Below, in pieces: positions 1 to 11,371 of a stretch of 64,000 bases of DNA. The translations under genes were made by a program, and so were the position numbers. Each line of letters opens with the position of its first letter. Within the stretch, counting starts at the first letter, position 1. The notes below the pieces were generated by a model. The model was not told where the DNA came from and searched no databases. It was given only the letters and a program-made list of their open reading frames with translations. This DNA comes from an uncultured Verrucomicrobiae bacterium (lineage in GTDB: Bacteria; Verrucomicrobiota; Verrucomicrobiia; Limisphaerales; Palsa-1400), in NCBI GenBank assembly GCA_963707025.1, contig CAVPOM010000006.1:160001-224000 (forward strand). The letters are read 5' to 3'.

Positions 1-98
1 CGCTGGTAGACAAAAACATCATGGAACGCCGCCGCCAGCGCATCGAAGGCCTGGTGCCCGCCCTGGACAAGGAGCAAAAGCAAATCAAGCTGCTCTAA
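1..98 (+). CDS. 3' end of a gene entering from the left edge (LVDKNIMERRRQRIEGLVPALDKEQKQIKLL*), product unknown
   Basis: Open frame from position 3 to TAA at 96-98 with host-like GC3 codon usage. Confidence 0.6.
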   Translation, partial: LVDKNIMERRRQRIEGLVPALDKEQKQIKLL

Positions 99-121
99 AA
101 ACGAGGCTCCCAATCCCCGCC

Positions 122-250
122 TGGAGCGGATTAAAAAATGACGCAGCCAAAACGAGGCTCCTCCCTCTCCTCCTCAGGAGGAGAGGGGCCGGGGAGAGGA
201 GGCCGTTCCGTCAGGTTCCGTGCGGCTACGGTTTTCCTGAAATTGCTCTA
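122..250. mobile_element. Degenerate MITE-like element with an internal REP-like hairpin
   Basis: Hairpin CCCTCTCCTCCTCAGGAGGAGAGGGGCCGGGGAGAGG at ~163-199; the left end TGGAGCGGATTAAAAAATGACGCAGCC weakly matches the reverse complement of the right end, TAGAGCAATTTCAGGAAAACCGTAGCC. Confidence 0.4.
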
Positions 251-253
251 AAA

Positions 254-2458
<2,205 letters not shown>

Positions 2459-2632
2459 TCATTTTGTGTTTTGGGCGCGGCCAATTCGCGAGGCAGCCTT
2501 GCGGTTGCCGCCGGGCTTCGCCAACTTCTGCCGGCACGCGGCGCAGCGTCCGTGGAAATGGATGTGGTAATCTCTGACCGCAAAGTCGAACGGGCGCACA
2601 TCGGGCCAGGCGGCTTTATTGAGCCGCTCCAC
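2459..2632 (-). pseudogene. C-terminal remnant of a Fur/PerR-family regulator
   Basis: Manual translation VERLNKAAWPDVRPFDFAVRDYHIHFHGRCAACRQKL..., preceded by LDF*; G-x-CxxC motif; ends 15 bp before the katG start. Confidence 0.6.
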
Positions 2633-2790
2633 CTAAAAATCAAGGAAGAAAATGCCGGTGAATTCTGTCGATATTGTTTCACAAGGTTTAAAATTGGATT
2701 CTGCCCGCAATATTACCAGGAATTAAATCGGGCTTGGCGCCGGGTTTTGACTTCCCGCCGATGATTGCCTGCCGTAACTTCGCCAACATA

Positions 2791-3840
2791 ATGCAAGCAA
2801 AAGTCTTCGCAAGTCTGCTCGCGTTGGTTTTCGCCCCCGGATGTTCGTCCATCCGGGTGCAGCCCGCAGCCTCCGCCCGCCACCTCAAGGCTTCCCCGCA
2901 AACCATCGTCTGGGGCCGCTACGACGCCAAGGCCCCGCCCGTCTTGCGCGTCAAATCCGGCGACACCGTGGAAGTGGAGACGCTCATCACCTCCAGCCCC
3001 GCCAGCCTGGAGCGCGCCGGCGTTCCGGCCGATGAAGTCGAGCAATCCCTGCGCGACATCACCGCCACCGTCACCAATAAAGGGCCGGGCGGCCACATTC
3101 TCACCGGCCCCATTTATATCGAGGACGCGCAGCCGGGCGACGCGCTCGAGGTGCGCATCCTTTCCATCAAGCTGGCCATCCCCTATGCCTACAATGCCTT
3201 CGGTCCCACCGGCGGCTTTTTGCCCGAGGATTTTCGCCGGTCCAAAATGAAAATCATTCCTCTGGACCGCGAGAAGATGGTGGCCCATTTCACCAACGGA
3301 ATTGATATTCCGCTCAAGCCGTTCTTCGGCAGCATGGGGGTGGCTCCGGAAGAATCCGTCGGCCGCCTCAGCAGCGTCCAGCCCACCACCAATGCCGGCA
3401 ACCTCGACAACAAGGAACTGGTCGCCGGCGCCTCGCTCTTCATTCCCGTTTTCTCCCCCGGCGCGCTTTTTGAAGTGGGCGACGGCCACGCCGGCCAGGG
3501 CAACGGCGAAGTGGACATCACCGCCCTGGAAACGTCGCTCGTCGGCACCTTGCAATTTGTCTTGCACAAAGGCATGCGCCTGGCCTGGCCGCGCGCCGAA
3601 ACTCCCACCCACTACATCAGCATGGGCACCGACAAGGACCTGACCGCCGCCACCAAAATCGCCGTCCGCGAAATGATCGCCTTTCTCGTCGCCGAGAAGC
3701 ACATGGCGCGCGAAGACGCCTACATGCTTTGCAGCGTGGCCGGCGACGTGGATATTACGCAATTGGTGGACGGCAACAAAGGCGTCCACATGATGCTGCC
3801 CAAGGCGATTTTTCCACCGGAAAAAAAGCCCGGACAATAA
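2791..3840 (+). CDS. Acetamidase/formamidase family protein with probable signal/lipoprotein peptide
   Basis: GHILTGPIYIEDAQPGDALEV, AGNLDNKEL, GDGHAGQGNGEV, AYMLCSVAGD motifs; N-terminus MQAKVFASLLALVFAPGC. Confidence 0.88.
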   Translation: MQAKVFASLLALVFAPGCSSIRVQPAASARHLKASPQTIVWGRYDAKAPPVLRVKSGDTVEVETLITSSPASLERAGVPADEVEQSLRDITATVTNKGPGGHILTGPIYIEDAQPGDALEVRILSIKLAIPYAYNAFGPTGGFLPEDFRRSKMKIIPLDREKMVAHFTNGIDIPLKPFFGSMGVAPEESVGRLSSVQPTTNAGNLDNKELVAGASLFIPVFSPGALFEVGDGHAGQGNGEVDITALETSLVGTLQFVLHKGMRLAWPRAETPTHYISMGTDKDLTAATKIAVREMIAFLVAEKHMAREDAYMLCSVAGDVDITQLVDGNKGVHMMLPKAIFPPEKKPGQ

Positions 3841-3974
3841 CGGACCGGCACAATAACTCCGGACAGATCGAAGTTTTCCGGGTGGCGAATTGAGGAACGC
3901 GGCTGCAAAGGCGGGCCATTGTTTCAATGGAGTTCGCCGTTGCTCATGCTCTAATTCCGGGTTAGGTTTCTTGC

Positions 3975-4208
3975 ATGAAAACGGTTACGAAACAGGAAGC
4001 GGCTCAAGGGTTCGACATGATTGGCGGTCTGGCGCATGCTGGCGAAACGGTCGTCGTCACCTACGGTGGCAAACCGTGGATCAAACTTGTACCGGCTCTC
4101 ACGGCTAAGAAGGGCAAGTCCGCCGCTGCCTTTAAGGCCCGCCTCAACCGCATCTCCGCCAAGCCAATCCCCGGGGCTTCCGAAGTGCTCTCGCGGCTTC
4201 GTGGGTGA
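3975..4208 (+). CDS. Phd/YefM-type antitoxin
   Basis: 77 aa, MKTVT..EA...F...GETVVVTYGGKP; 4-bp overlap with the PIN gene. Confidence 0.75.
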   Translation: MKTVTKQEAAQGFDMIGGLAHAGETVVVTYGGKPWIKLVPALTAKKGKSAAAFKARLNRISAKPIPGASEVLSRLRG

Positions 4209-4648
4209 AAACCTACTTTGATACTTCCTGTCTGGTGCCCCTTTACGTGCCCAACGACCACACCAGCGCCGCTCTGCGCCTCCGGGCGCGGACGGGCCGG
4301 CAGCCCATCATTTTCACACTCCTGCACCGGATTGAGTTGCGGACGACGGTGCGCCAATGCGCCTTCGGCGGCTTGATCAACCAAGCCGAGGCTCGTCAAA
4401 TCCTGCGGCACATCGAGGAAGATTTGCACGATGGAACATTAATTCATGAGCCGCTGGACTGGACCGAAACATTGCGTCGGGCCGAAACGGTGGCGGACCG
4501 GTCGGCTTGGACGAAGCGATGCCGCTCACTTGACCTGTGGCATGTGGCGGTCGCCTTGGAATTTCATGCCGAGGTTTTCGTGACTTTCGACAAGGACCAA
4601 TTCGCCTTGGCCGAGGCGGAGGGGTTGCAGGTCATAATGCCATCCTGA
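4205..4648 (+). CDS. vapC: VapC-family PIN toxin
   Basis: YFDTS at the N-terminus, RSLDLWHVAVA, FVTFDKDQ acidic PIN motifs. Confidence 0.85.
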   Translation: MKTYFDTSCLVPLYVPNDHTSAALRLRARTGRQPIIFTLLHRIELRTTVRQCAFGGLINQAEARQILRHIEEDLHDGTLIHEPLDWTETLRRAETVADRSAWTKRCRSLDLWHVAVALEFHAEVFVTFDKDQFALAEAEGLQVIMPS

Positions 4649-4672
4649 AATCGCCCGACCATGCTGGCGCAA

Positions 4673-4761
4673 GGCAACGAAGGCGTCCCCATGATGCTGC
4701 CCAAGGCAATATTCCCGCTCGAAAACAAGGCCGGCCTAATGAAGGGCCGTCATAATAACTC
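4673..4761 (+). repeat. Diverged direct copy of the acetamidase 3' end (3772-3860)
   Basis: GGCAACGAAGGCGTCCCCATGATGCTGCCCAAGGCAATATTCCCG vs GGCAACAAAGGCGTCCACATGATGCTGCCCAAGGCGATTTTTCCA. Confidence 0.85.
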
Positions 4762-4834
4762 GGTAGGGCGAGACTCCAGCCGTGACTCAATCCCATGAAA
4801 TCGAGTCAGGGGCTCGACAGAGTCTCGCCCTGCC
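4762..4834. repeat. REP-like inverted repeat
   Basis: GGTAGGGCGAGACTC ... GAGTCTCGCCCTGCC (14/15). Confidence 0.7.
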
Positions 4835-4851
4835 TCGGTTGAAAGCTTCGA

Positions 4852-5547
4852 TTAAGAGGCAACGGGCTTGTCGGGCGGAATCTCATTCCAGGCTGCGACG
4901 GATTCACCCTTCCACTCTTCGCCCGCTTTTCCCAGTTTGTTGCCAAGCCGAAAGTAATACAGGATGTTTCCAATCGCGTTTAGAAAAACCAGAAGGAAAA
5001 ACAGGCCGGGCCAGCCGCGCAGCGGGAGGGGAGGGAACATGCCAGCCAAAACCAATCCTAAAATAATCCACCCCCCCATCTCCATCTGAACGACTCTGCG
5101 CGGTGTCTTGTGTCTCGTCAGAACAAAAGCGACAGTCTCATAAACGATGAACAGCGAGACCACGCCAATCACCGAGAAGACAGAGAACCGGAGTCTGCCC
5201 AGCCCCAAAGCAAGCCACCAGCAACCGAGGAAACCGCAAACGTGTACCCACAAACTCGGCTGGTAGGAACTTAACAACCCGTGGACCTTCCGGAATTCCG
5301 ACAGGGTCAAATGCGTCCGGCGAAAACGCCGCCCGGCCGCTTTTGCATCCCCCAATTCGGCCAGCGACGCCTCTTGCGCGAGCGCGAGGGGCAACCCGTT
5401 TTGCAAATGCCCCTCCACCGCCTCTTCGTAGTGGGATGTCACCTCCGCCCAGATGCGCTGTCGGGCCGCAAACACGAGTTTCTTGGTGGCCATTTCCAGC
5501 CACTCGTCAAGATTCTGCGGATTTGGATTTTGAAACATGCTCATCAT
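4852..5547 (-). CDS. PadR-associated membrane protein (N-terminal permease-prefix/HAAS-like domain, ~4 TM)
   Basis: RIWAEVTSHYEE...ASLAELGD motif followed by hydrophobic helices; overlaps the padR stop. Confidence 0.7.
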   Translation of the reverse strand: MMSMFQNPNPQNLDEWLEMATKKLVFAARQRIWAEVTSHYEEAVEGHLQNGLPLALAQEASLAELGDAKAAGRRFRRTHLTLSEFRKVHGLLSSYQPSLWVHVCGFLGCWWLALGLGRLRFSVFSVIGVVSLFIVYETVAFVLTRHKTPRRVVQMEMGGWIILGLVLAGMFPPLPLRGWPGLFFLLVFLNAIGNILYYFRLGNKLGKAGEEWKGESVAAWNEIPPDKPVAS

Positions 5548-5855
5548 GCCTCCTGCAGGATCAGGCTGACCGCCCCGGAAAACTGGAGCAAATCCTCGCG
5601 TTCCCGCACCAGGGCCTTTTTGCCTTTCTCCGTCAGCTTGTAGTAGCGGCGCGTGCGCCCGTTTTCTTCGCGCGTGGCCGAACCGATCAGTCCCTTCCCC
5701 TCCAGCCCGTGCAAAGCCGGATACAGCGTGCCCTCCTTGAAATCCAGCACGCCCCTGGATTGGCTCTTGATCTCCTGGGCGATGCGATAGCCGTGGTTCG
5801 GTCCGCGGCTGAGATTTTGCAAAATCAATGTCGCCAAACTGCCCTTAAAATTCAT
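5544..5855 (-). CDS. PadR family transcriptional regulator
   Basis: HGYRIAQEI, EGTLYPALHGLE, RRYYKLTEKG. Confidence 0.92.
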   Translation of the reverse strand: MNFKGSLATLILQNLSRGPNHGYRIAQEIKSQSRGVLDFKEGTLYPALHGLEGKGLIGSATREENGRTRRYYKLTEKGKKALVREREDLLQFSGAVSLILQEA

Positions 5856-5865
5856 ATAACCACAC

Positions 5866-5888
5866 AATACATCGAATCCCGATGCATT
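5866..5888. promoter_or_regulatory. Probable PadR autoregulatory operator
   Basis: Imperfect palindrome AATACATCG-AATCC-CGATGCATT 10 bp upstream of the padR ATG. Confidence 0.55.
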
Positions 5889-5949
5889 GGCAAGCAAAAT
5901 CTTCTCCTTTTAATTTCAAAGACTCCTGGACTTGGGCGAAGTCGGGGGT

Positions 5950-6288
5950 TTATGTCGAACCGATTTCGACCAGGTCTTCGCCGGATTCAAGCAAATGCAG
6001 GGCTTCCCGGAATTTTGCCGTCAAAATCTCACGCAGGGCCGCATCCGAAGTGTAGCCACAAGTAAGCCAGATGATTTTTTGGGGGCTGCCGTGGCGTTCC
6101 AGCAGGCAGACGAAGTCAGTGTCCTTGGTGATAACCACATCTGCCTTCTGACGGGCCTCAAAGAATATTTGATCGTCTTCAGCACCGCGCAATCCAAGTT
6201 CCCGCACGGGCAGCGCGGTGACATCAAATGTTTCGCTCAGCCAGCGGGCAACCCCAGGAGACAAATGAGCATCCAGCCATACCGTCAT
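5950..6288 (-). CDS. DUF5615-type PIN-like toxin
   Basis: WLDAHLSP, EDDQIF, VITKDTDF motifs. Confidence 0.85.
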   Translation of the reverse strand: MTVWLDAHLSPGVARWLSETFDVTALPVRELGLRGAEDDQIFFEARQKADVVITKDTDFVCLLERHGSPQKIIWLTCGYTSDAALREILTAKFREALHLLESGEDLVEIGST

Positions 6289-6509
6289 ACGGCCAGGACT
6301 GGATGATCAATGCGGCGGCGGGCGAACATGATGCAAGCCTTGAGGTCGTCAGCTTCCAAGTCGGGCATCTCCGCCAAAATCTGCGACGCATCAAGCCCGG
6401 AAGCGAACAGATCCAGAATGTCGCTGACACGAATCCGCATCCCCCGCACGCAAGGCCGCCCGCCGCATTGCCGGGGATTCACAGTGATTCGTTCCATCAA
6501 ATTTTGCAT
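6285..6509 (-). CDS. DUF433 antitoxin
   Basis: RITVNPRQCGGRPCVRGMRIRVSDIL signature. Confidence 0.9.
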   Translation of the reverse strand: MQNLMERITVNPRQCGGRPCVRGMRIRVSDILDLFASGLDASQILAEMPDLEADDLKACIMFARRRIDHPVLAV

Positions 6510-6626
6510 ATCTAAGAACAACAATGCACCGGAAGAGCCGCGAAGTCAAAGCCCAATGGCCCTGTTCTCATTCTCCCTGGTCTGCCCTGGCTTTAGCGCC
6601 GGCGGAATTTTCGTTTTTCTGAACCG

Positions 6627-9600
6627 CTACTGCGGCCCGCCATTCGGCTCCCCGCGCTTTTCCCAGCGCCTGGCGGCGCGCTCGGGCAACGCGCCATCCA
6701 CCTTGGCGTAATAGGTCTCTTCGCCAAACTTTTCATCCACCGCTTCTTGCAAACTCAGCGACGGGCTGACCGCATACCGGTCGTTGGTCTCGATGAAAAC
6801 GACCTCGCCCCCGGTCCGCATCAGGCACAGAAACACCGGGCATTTGCCCGGATGGGCGGCGAGCAGATCGCGCGCCGCCTCCAAATCGCCCGGCGTCACC
6901 TTGGCGCTGTGCAAGCGCAGGTGGACCTGTTTGGTGTAGGCGCGCGGCGCGTCCTCCAGCGCGATGATTTCCTGCGGGAAAATCTTCGGCTTGTCCTCGG
7001 AAAGATTGACCTCCCCGGTGACGAGGAGCGGCTTGTTCGGCGCCAGCAGCTCCTTGAACTTCTCGTAATTCTCGTTCAGGCAAAGCACCTGCACCGAGCC
7101 GGACATGTCCTCCAGCGTGGCCAGGGCGTAGGGCTTGTTGCTCTTCTTGGAAATGCCCTTTTGCACCGCGCCCACCAGGCCGCCGATGCGCGTCATCTCC
7201 CGGTTCTTCAATTCCCCCAACTGGCCGGACTGGTGCAGCGCATACTTCCTTAAAATGGACTCAAACGGCGTGAGCGGATGGCCGGTCACGTAAAAACCGA
7301 GCAATTCCTTCTCGTGCGCCAGCAATTCATGCTGCGGCCATTCCGCCAGTTGTTTTTCCGGCTCCGGCTTCCCCCCCGCCTCCTCGCGCAGCATCCCAAA
7401 AAGCGTGTCCTGCCCGCGGTTGCGGTCCTGGATGACCCCGGCCGCCCGGGTCAGGGCCCGGTCCATCCTGGAGAACAGGGTGGCGCGCGTTTCGCCGAAG
7501 CCATCGCACGCGCCGGACTTGATCAGCGCCTCCAAACCTTTCCTGTTGACAGTCCGTCCGTCCACCCGTTCGCAAAGATCGGCCAGGGAGGTGAACTTCC
7601 CGGCCTTGGCCCGCGCCTCCAGGATGCCCTCCACCGCCGCTTCGCCGATGCCCTTGACCGCGGCCAGGCCGAAACGAATCGCCGTCGCCGCTCCCCCCGC
7701 CGGCCCCGCCGCGCTGGGCGTAAAATAAACCCCGCTCTCATTGATGTCCGGCTGGAGCACTTCGATGTGGAAATGGCGCGCTTCCCCGATGAGGATGCCC
7801 AGTTTGGCCGTGTCGCCCAGGTCGTTGGTCATCATCGCGCTGAGAAATTCCACCGGATAATTGGCCTTCAGCCAGGCGGTCTGGTAGGCCACCATGGCGT
7901 AGGCGGCGGCGTGGGACTTGTTGAAGCCGTAGCCGGCGAATTTTTCCAGCAAATCAAAAATCTGGTTGGCCTTGGCCGCCGGAATATGGTTGACCTTGGC
8001 GCAGCCTTTGACAAAGACCTCGCGCTGCTTGGCCATTTCCTCCGGCTTCTTTTTGCCCATGGCCCGCCGCAGCAGGTCCGCTCCCCCCAGCGTGTAACCC
8101 GCCAGCACCTGGGCCGCCTGCATGACCTGCTCCTGGTAAATCAGCACCCCGTAAGTCTCCCGGGTGATCGGCTCCAGCAGCGGATGCTCGTACTCGATTT
8201 TGATTTCCCCGTGCCGCCGCTTGATGAAATCGGGAATCAGGTCCATCGGCCCGGGCCGGTACAAGGCCACCAGCGCGGTGATGTGCTCCAGCGAACTGAT
8301 TTGAAAGCGCCGGCACAAATCGCGCATCCCGCCCGATTCCAGTTGGAAGATGCCGATGGTGTTGGCCTTGTTGAGCAGGTCGTAGGTCTTGGGGTCGTCG
8401 AGCGGCAAATGGTCAATCGGAATCTCCACTCCCTTGAACTGCCGCACCAGGTCGCAGGTGTTGCGGATGACCGTCAGCGTTTTCAACCCCAGGAAATCCA
8501 TCTTCAGCAGGCCTAGGTCCCCCACCGGCCCCATGGCGTATTGCGTGACGATGGCCCCGTCCTCGTCCTTCTTCAGCGGCAGCAGGTTGGCCAGCGGCTG
8601 GTCGCCGATGACCACCCCGGCGGCGTGGACCGAGGCGTTGCGCGTCAAGTCCTCCAGCACAAAGGCCGTGTCCACCAATTCGCGCGTCTGGCCCTCCTTC
8701 TCATAGGCCTGCTTGAACTCGGGTGAGGTTTCCAGCGCCTTTTTCAGCGTCATCTTCAACTCGTTGGGAATCATTTTGGCCAGCCGGTCGCATTCCCCAT
8801 AGCTCAAGCCCATCACCCGCCCCACGTCGCGGATGACCGACTTGGCCCCCATCGTGCCGAAGGTGATGATCTGCGCCACCGAGTCCCGCCCGTATTTTTG
8901 CCGCACATATTCAATCACATCGCCGCGGCGGTCGTCGGCAAAATCAATGTCAATATCCGGCGGGTTGACCCGTTCGGGATTGAGAAAACGTTCAAAGAGC
9001 AATCCGTAACGGATCGGATCCACATTGGATATTTCCAACAAATAAGTCACGATGGCGCCGGCCGCCGAGCCGCGCGCCACGCAGGTCACCCCTTTGCTCC
9101 GGCCATAACGGACGAAATCCCCCGTGATCAGGAAGTAGCTGATGAAATCGGTTTTTTCGATGACTTTGAGTTCCGCTTGCAGACGGTCCATGACCGCTTT
9201 GACGGCCGCCGCCACTTCGGGATTGCGGATGGTGGATTGGGGATGGCCGATTGACGGATTTGTGGTTTCCACCTTGGAAACGGTTTGGGAGCCGTCGCGG
9301 ATTTCCGGCGGCGCGGCGGGCGGGTGATAAGTGGGCAGCTTGGTTGGGTCTTCGATGCCGTCCACCAGGAATTGATCCCCCTCGGCGCGGGCGTGGATGG
9401 TGTAGCGCGCGCGCAAGCCTTCGGCCAGCCATTGGCGCAGGTAAGCCTCGCGGCTGGTATTTCCCGGCGGATGAAACAGTGGATAATGCAGCTTGTTGAA
9501 CTCGATCTCCACATTGCACTTTTCCGCCACCTCCAGGGTGTTGCGCGCCGCCTCCGGCACCTCGGCGAAGCGCGCCTTCATTTCCTCCGCCGAACGCAAA

Positions 9601-10346
9601 TAAAACTGCTCCCGCTCAAAGCGCATCCGCTTGCTGTCGCTCAAGAGCGATTGCGTGCCGATGCAGATCAGGCAGTCGTGCGCGTGCCAGTCCTCCTTGG
9701 CGATGTAATGCACGTCGTTGGTCGCCACCAGCTTCAAGCCGAATTCCCCGGCCCACGCCATCAATTGCCGGTTGACCTTGACCTGGTCGTTGATGCCGTG
9801 ATTTTGCAATTCCAAGTAAAAATTCTCCGCCCCCACGGTCTGCTTGAACCAATCAATCGTGTCCCGGGCCTTGGCAAGCTGGTCTTGGACGATCAATTCG
9901 GGGATTTCGCTGGCCAGGCAGCCGGAAAGGAAAATCAGCCCCTCCTTGTGCGCCGCCAGGATTTCCTTGTCCACGCGCGGCTTGTAATAGTACCCCTCCA
10001 AATGCGCCTTGGTCACCAGTTTGACCAGATTGCGGTAGCCGGTTTCATCCCTGGCCAGCGCGCCCAGATGATGATAAACATCGCGGCCGCCGCCGCCGCC
10101 CGATTTTTTTTCCAGGCGGCTGCCCGGCGCCACATACAGTTCGCAGCCGATGATCGGCTTGATACCGTTTTCCCGCGCCGCCTGGTAAAAATCAATGGCC
10201 CCGTAGAGCACGCCGTGATCGGTGATGGCCAGCGACTGGAATTTGAGTTCGCGCGCCTTGTCCATCAACCGGTCCAGGCGGCAGGCTCCGTCGAGCAGGG
10301 AATACTCGGTGTGCAAATGCAGATGAACAAAATCGGCGTGCGCCAT
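6627..10346 (-). CDS. dnaE: DNA polymerase III alpha subunit
   Basis: PHP HLHLHTEYSLLDG, RGSAAG, PPDIDIDF, KMDFLGL, YGFNKSHA, C-terminal OB fold. Confidence 0.98.
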   Translation of the reverse strand: MAHADFVHLHLHTEYSLLDGACRLDRLMDKARELKFQSLAITDHGVLYGAIDFYQAARENGIKPIIGCELYVAPGSRLEKKSGGGGGRDVYHHLGALARDETGYRNLVKLVTKAHLEGYYYKPRVDKEILAAHKEGLIFLSGCLASEIPELIVQDQLAKARDTIDWFKQTVGAENFYLELQNHGINDQVKVNRQLMAWAGEFGLKLVATNDVHYIAKEDWHAHDCLICIGTQSLLSDSKRMRFEREQFYLRSAEEMKARFAEVPEAARNTLEVAEKCNVEIEFNKLHYPLFHPPGNTSREAYLRQWLAEGLRARYTIHARAEGDQFLVDGIEDPTKLPTYHPPAAPPEIRDGSQTVSKVETTNPSIGHPQSTIRNPEVAAAVKAVMDRLQAELKVIEKTDFISYFLITGDFVRYGRSKGVTCVARGSAAGAIVTYLLEISNVDPIRYGLLFERFLNPERVNPPDIDIDFADDRRGDVIEYVRQKYGRDSVAQIITFGTMGAKSVIRDVGRVMGLSYGECDRLAKMIPNELKMTLKKALETSPEFKQAYEKEGQTRELVDTAFVLEDLTRNASVHAAGVVIGDQPLANLLPLKKDEDGAIVTQYAMGPVGDLGLLKMDFLGLKTLTVIRNTCDLVRQFKGVEIPIDHLPLDDPKTYDLLNKANTIGIFQLESGGMRDLCRRFQISSLEHITALVALYRPGPMDLIPDFIKRRHGEIKIEYEHPLLEPITRETYGVLIYQEQVMQAAQVLAGYTLGGADLLRRAMGKKKPEEMAKQREVFVKGCAKVNHIPAAKANQIFDLLEKFAGYGFNKSHAAAYAMVAYQTAWLKANYPVEFLSAMMTNDLGDTAKLGILIGEARHFHIEVLQPDINESGVYFTPSAAGPAGGAATAIRFGLAAVKGIGEAAVEGILEARAKAGKFTSLADLCERVDGRTVNRKGLEALIKSGACDGFGETRATLFSRMDRALTRAAGVIQDRNRGQDTLFGMLREEAGGKPEPEKQLAEWPQHELLAHEKELLGFYVTGHPLTPFESILRKYALHQSGQLGELKNREMTRIGGLVGAVQKGISKKSNKPYALATLEDMSGSVQVLCLNENYEKFKELLAPNKPLLVTGEVNLSEDKPKIFPQEIIALEDAPRAYTKQVHLRLHSAKVTPGDLEAARDLLAAHPGKCPVFLCLMRTGGEVVFIETNDRYAVSPSLSLQEAVDEKFGEETYYAKVDGALPERAARRWEKRGEPNGGPQ

Positions 10347-10473
10347 GCCCATAACTTAACGCCCGGCCGCGAGCTTCGGCAAGCCCAACGGCGGCCGGCC
10401 GGCGCGGGCGCCATTGAGGGCTTGCCAGCGCGGGGCGGCGGGAGTATGACCTGTGCAAGACAACAAGGAAGCC

Positions 10474-10764
10474 ATGAGCACGATTAAACGCATTTCAGCC
10501 CCCAGGCCCGCCCGGCGCCCCCTCGGGCCGCGCACCCTTTTCGCCCTGCTCCTGACCGCCGCCGCGCTCTGCGCTTGCGCCCGTTACGACATGACCCTGA
10601 CCAATGGAGGAAGCGTGACCAATGTCCCCAAGCCAACGCGGAGCAAGGATGGCAGTTATTGGTCTTTTGTCACCGCCGGCGGAAAAACCAACGTCATCCC
10701 CGCCAGCCGTGTCCTCAATGTTTATCGGCACGGGGACACCAACTGGATGTTCGGCAAGCAGTAG
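10474..10764 (+). CDS. YgdI/YgdR-like small lipoprotein
   Basis: Signal ending LCAC, then YDMTLTNG..KP...Y.F....G....IP...V. Confidence 0.65.
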   Translation: MSTIKRISAPRPARRPLGPRTLFALLLTAAALCACARYDMTLTNGGSVTNVPKPTRSKDGSYWSFVTAGGKTNVIPASRVLNVYRHGDTNWMFGKQ

Positions 10765-11356
10765 CGACAAAGCGCTCCACATATTTGCCCAGCAGATCGG
10801 CCTCCAAATTGACCTCGTCGCCGGTCCGCCGCTCGCGCAACGCCGTCACCGCCAGGGTGTGCGGGATAATCCAGATTCGAAAACTTTTCGCCCGCACCCC
10901 CGCGACCGTCAGGCTGATGCCGTCCACCGCCACGGAGCCTTTGAGGATGATGTAACGCATGATCTCCGGCGGCGCGCTGATGTCCAGCACATGGTCCCGG
11001 CCAGACCGTTCCCAGCGGATGATTTTTCCCACCCCGTCAATGTGGCCGGTGACAAAATGGCCGTCCATCCGTCCGCCGGCGCGAACCGCGCGCTCCAGAT
11101 TGACGGCCGCTCCGGGGTGAAGGGCGTGAAAGTTGGTGCATTGCCAGGTCTGGGCCAGCAGGTCAAATTGCAGCAGCCGGTCGCGTCCGCGCCCGCTCGT
11201 TTTCGCCACCGTCAGGCAGCAGCCATTGACGGCCAGGCTCCCGCCCGCCTTCATCCCGCGCCCGCATGCCCGCGAGCGCACGACCAGGTGGATCGCACTC
11301 TCGTCCGGCGCGATGGATTGCACGCGGCCGCTTTCTTCGACAATTCCAGTGAACAT
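10715..11356 (-). CDS. ribE: Riboflavin synthase alpha chain
   Basis: MFTGIVE, SLAVNGCCLTV, VNLERA, GHFVTGHIDG, KGSVAVDGISLTV. Confidence 0.96.
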   Translation of the reverse strand: MFTGIVEESGRVQSIAPDESAIHLVVRSRACGRGMKAGGSLAVNGCCLTVAKTSGRGRDRLLQFDLLAQTWQCTNFHALHPGAAVNLERAVRAGGRMDGHFVTGHIDGVGKIIRWERSGRDHVLDISAPPEIMRYIILKGSVAVDGISLTVAGVRAKSFRIWIIPHTLAVTALRERRTGDEVNLEADLLGKYVERFVATACRTSSWCPRADKH

Positions 11357-11371
11357 GGGTTGCTCCGGTGA

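Noticed and set aside
9205..9400. Intein in DnaE
   Set aside because: Too short, with no Cys/Ser start or His-Asn end, and not at a catalytic motif
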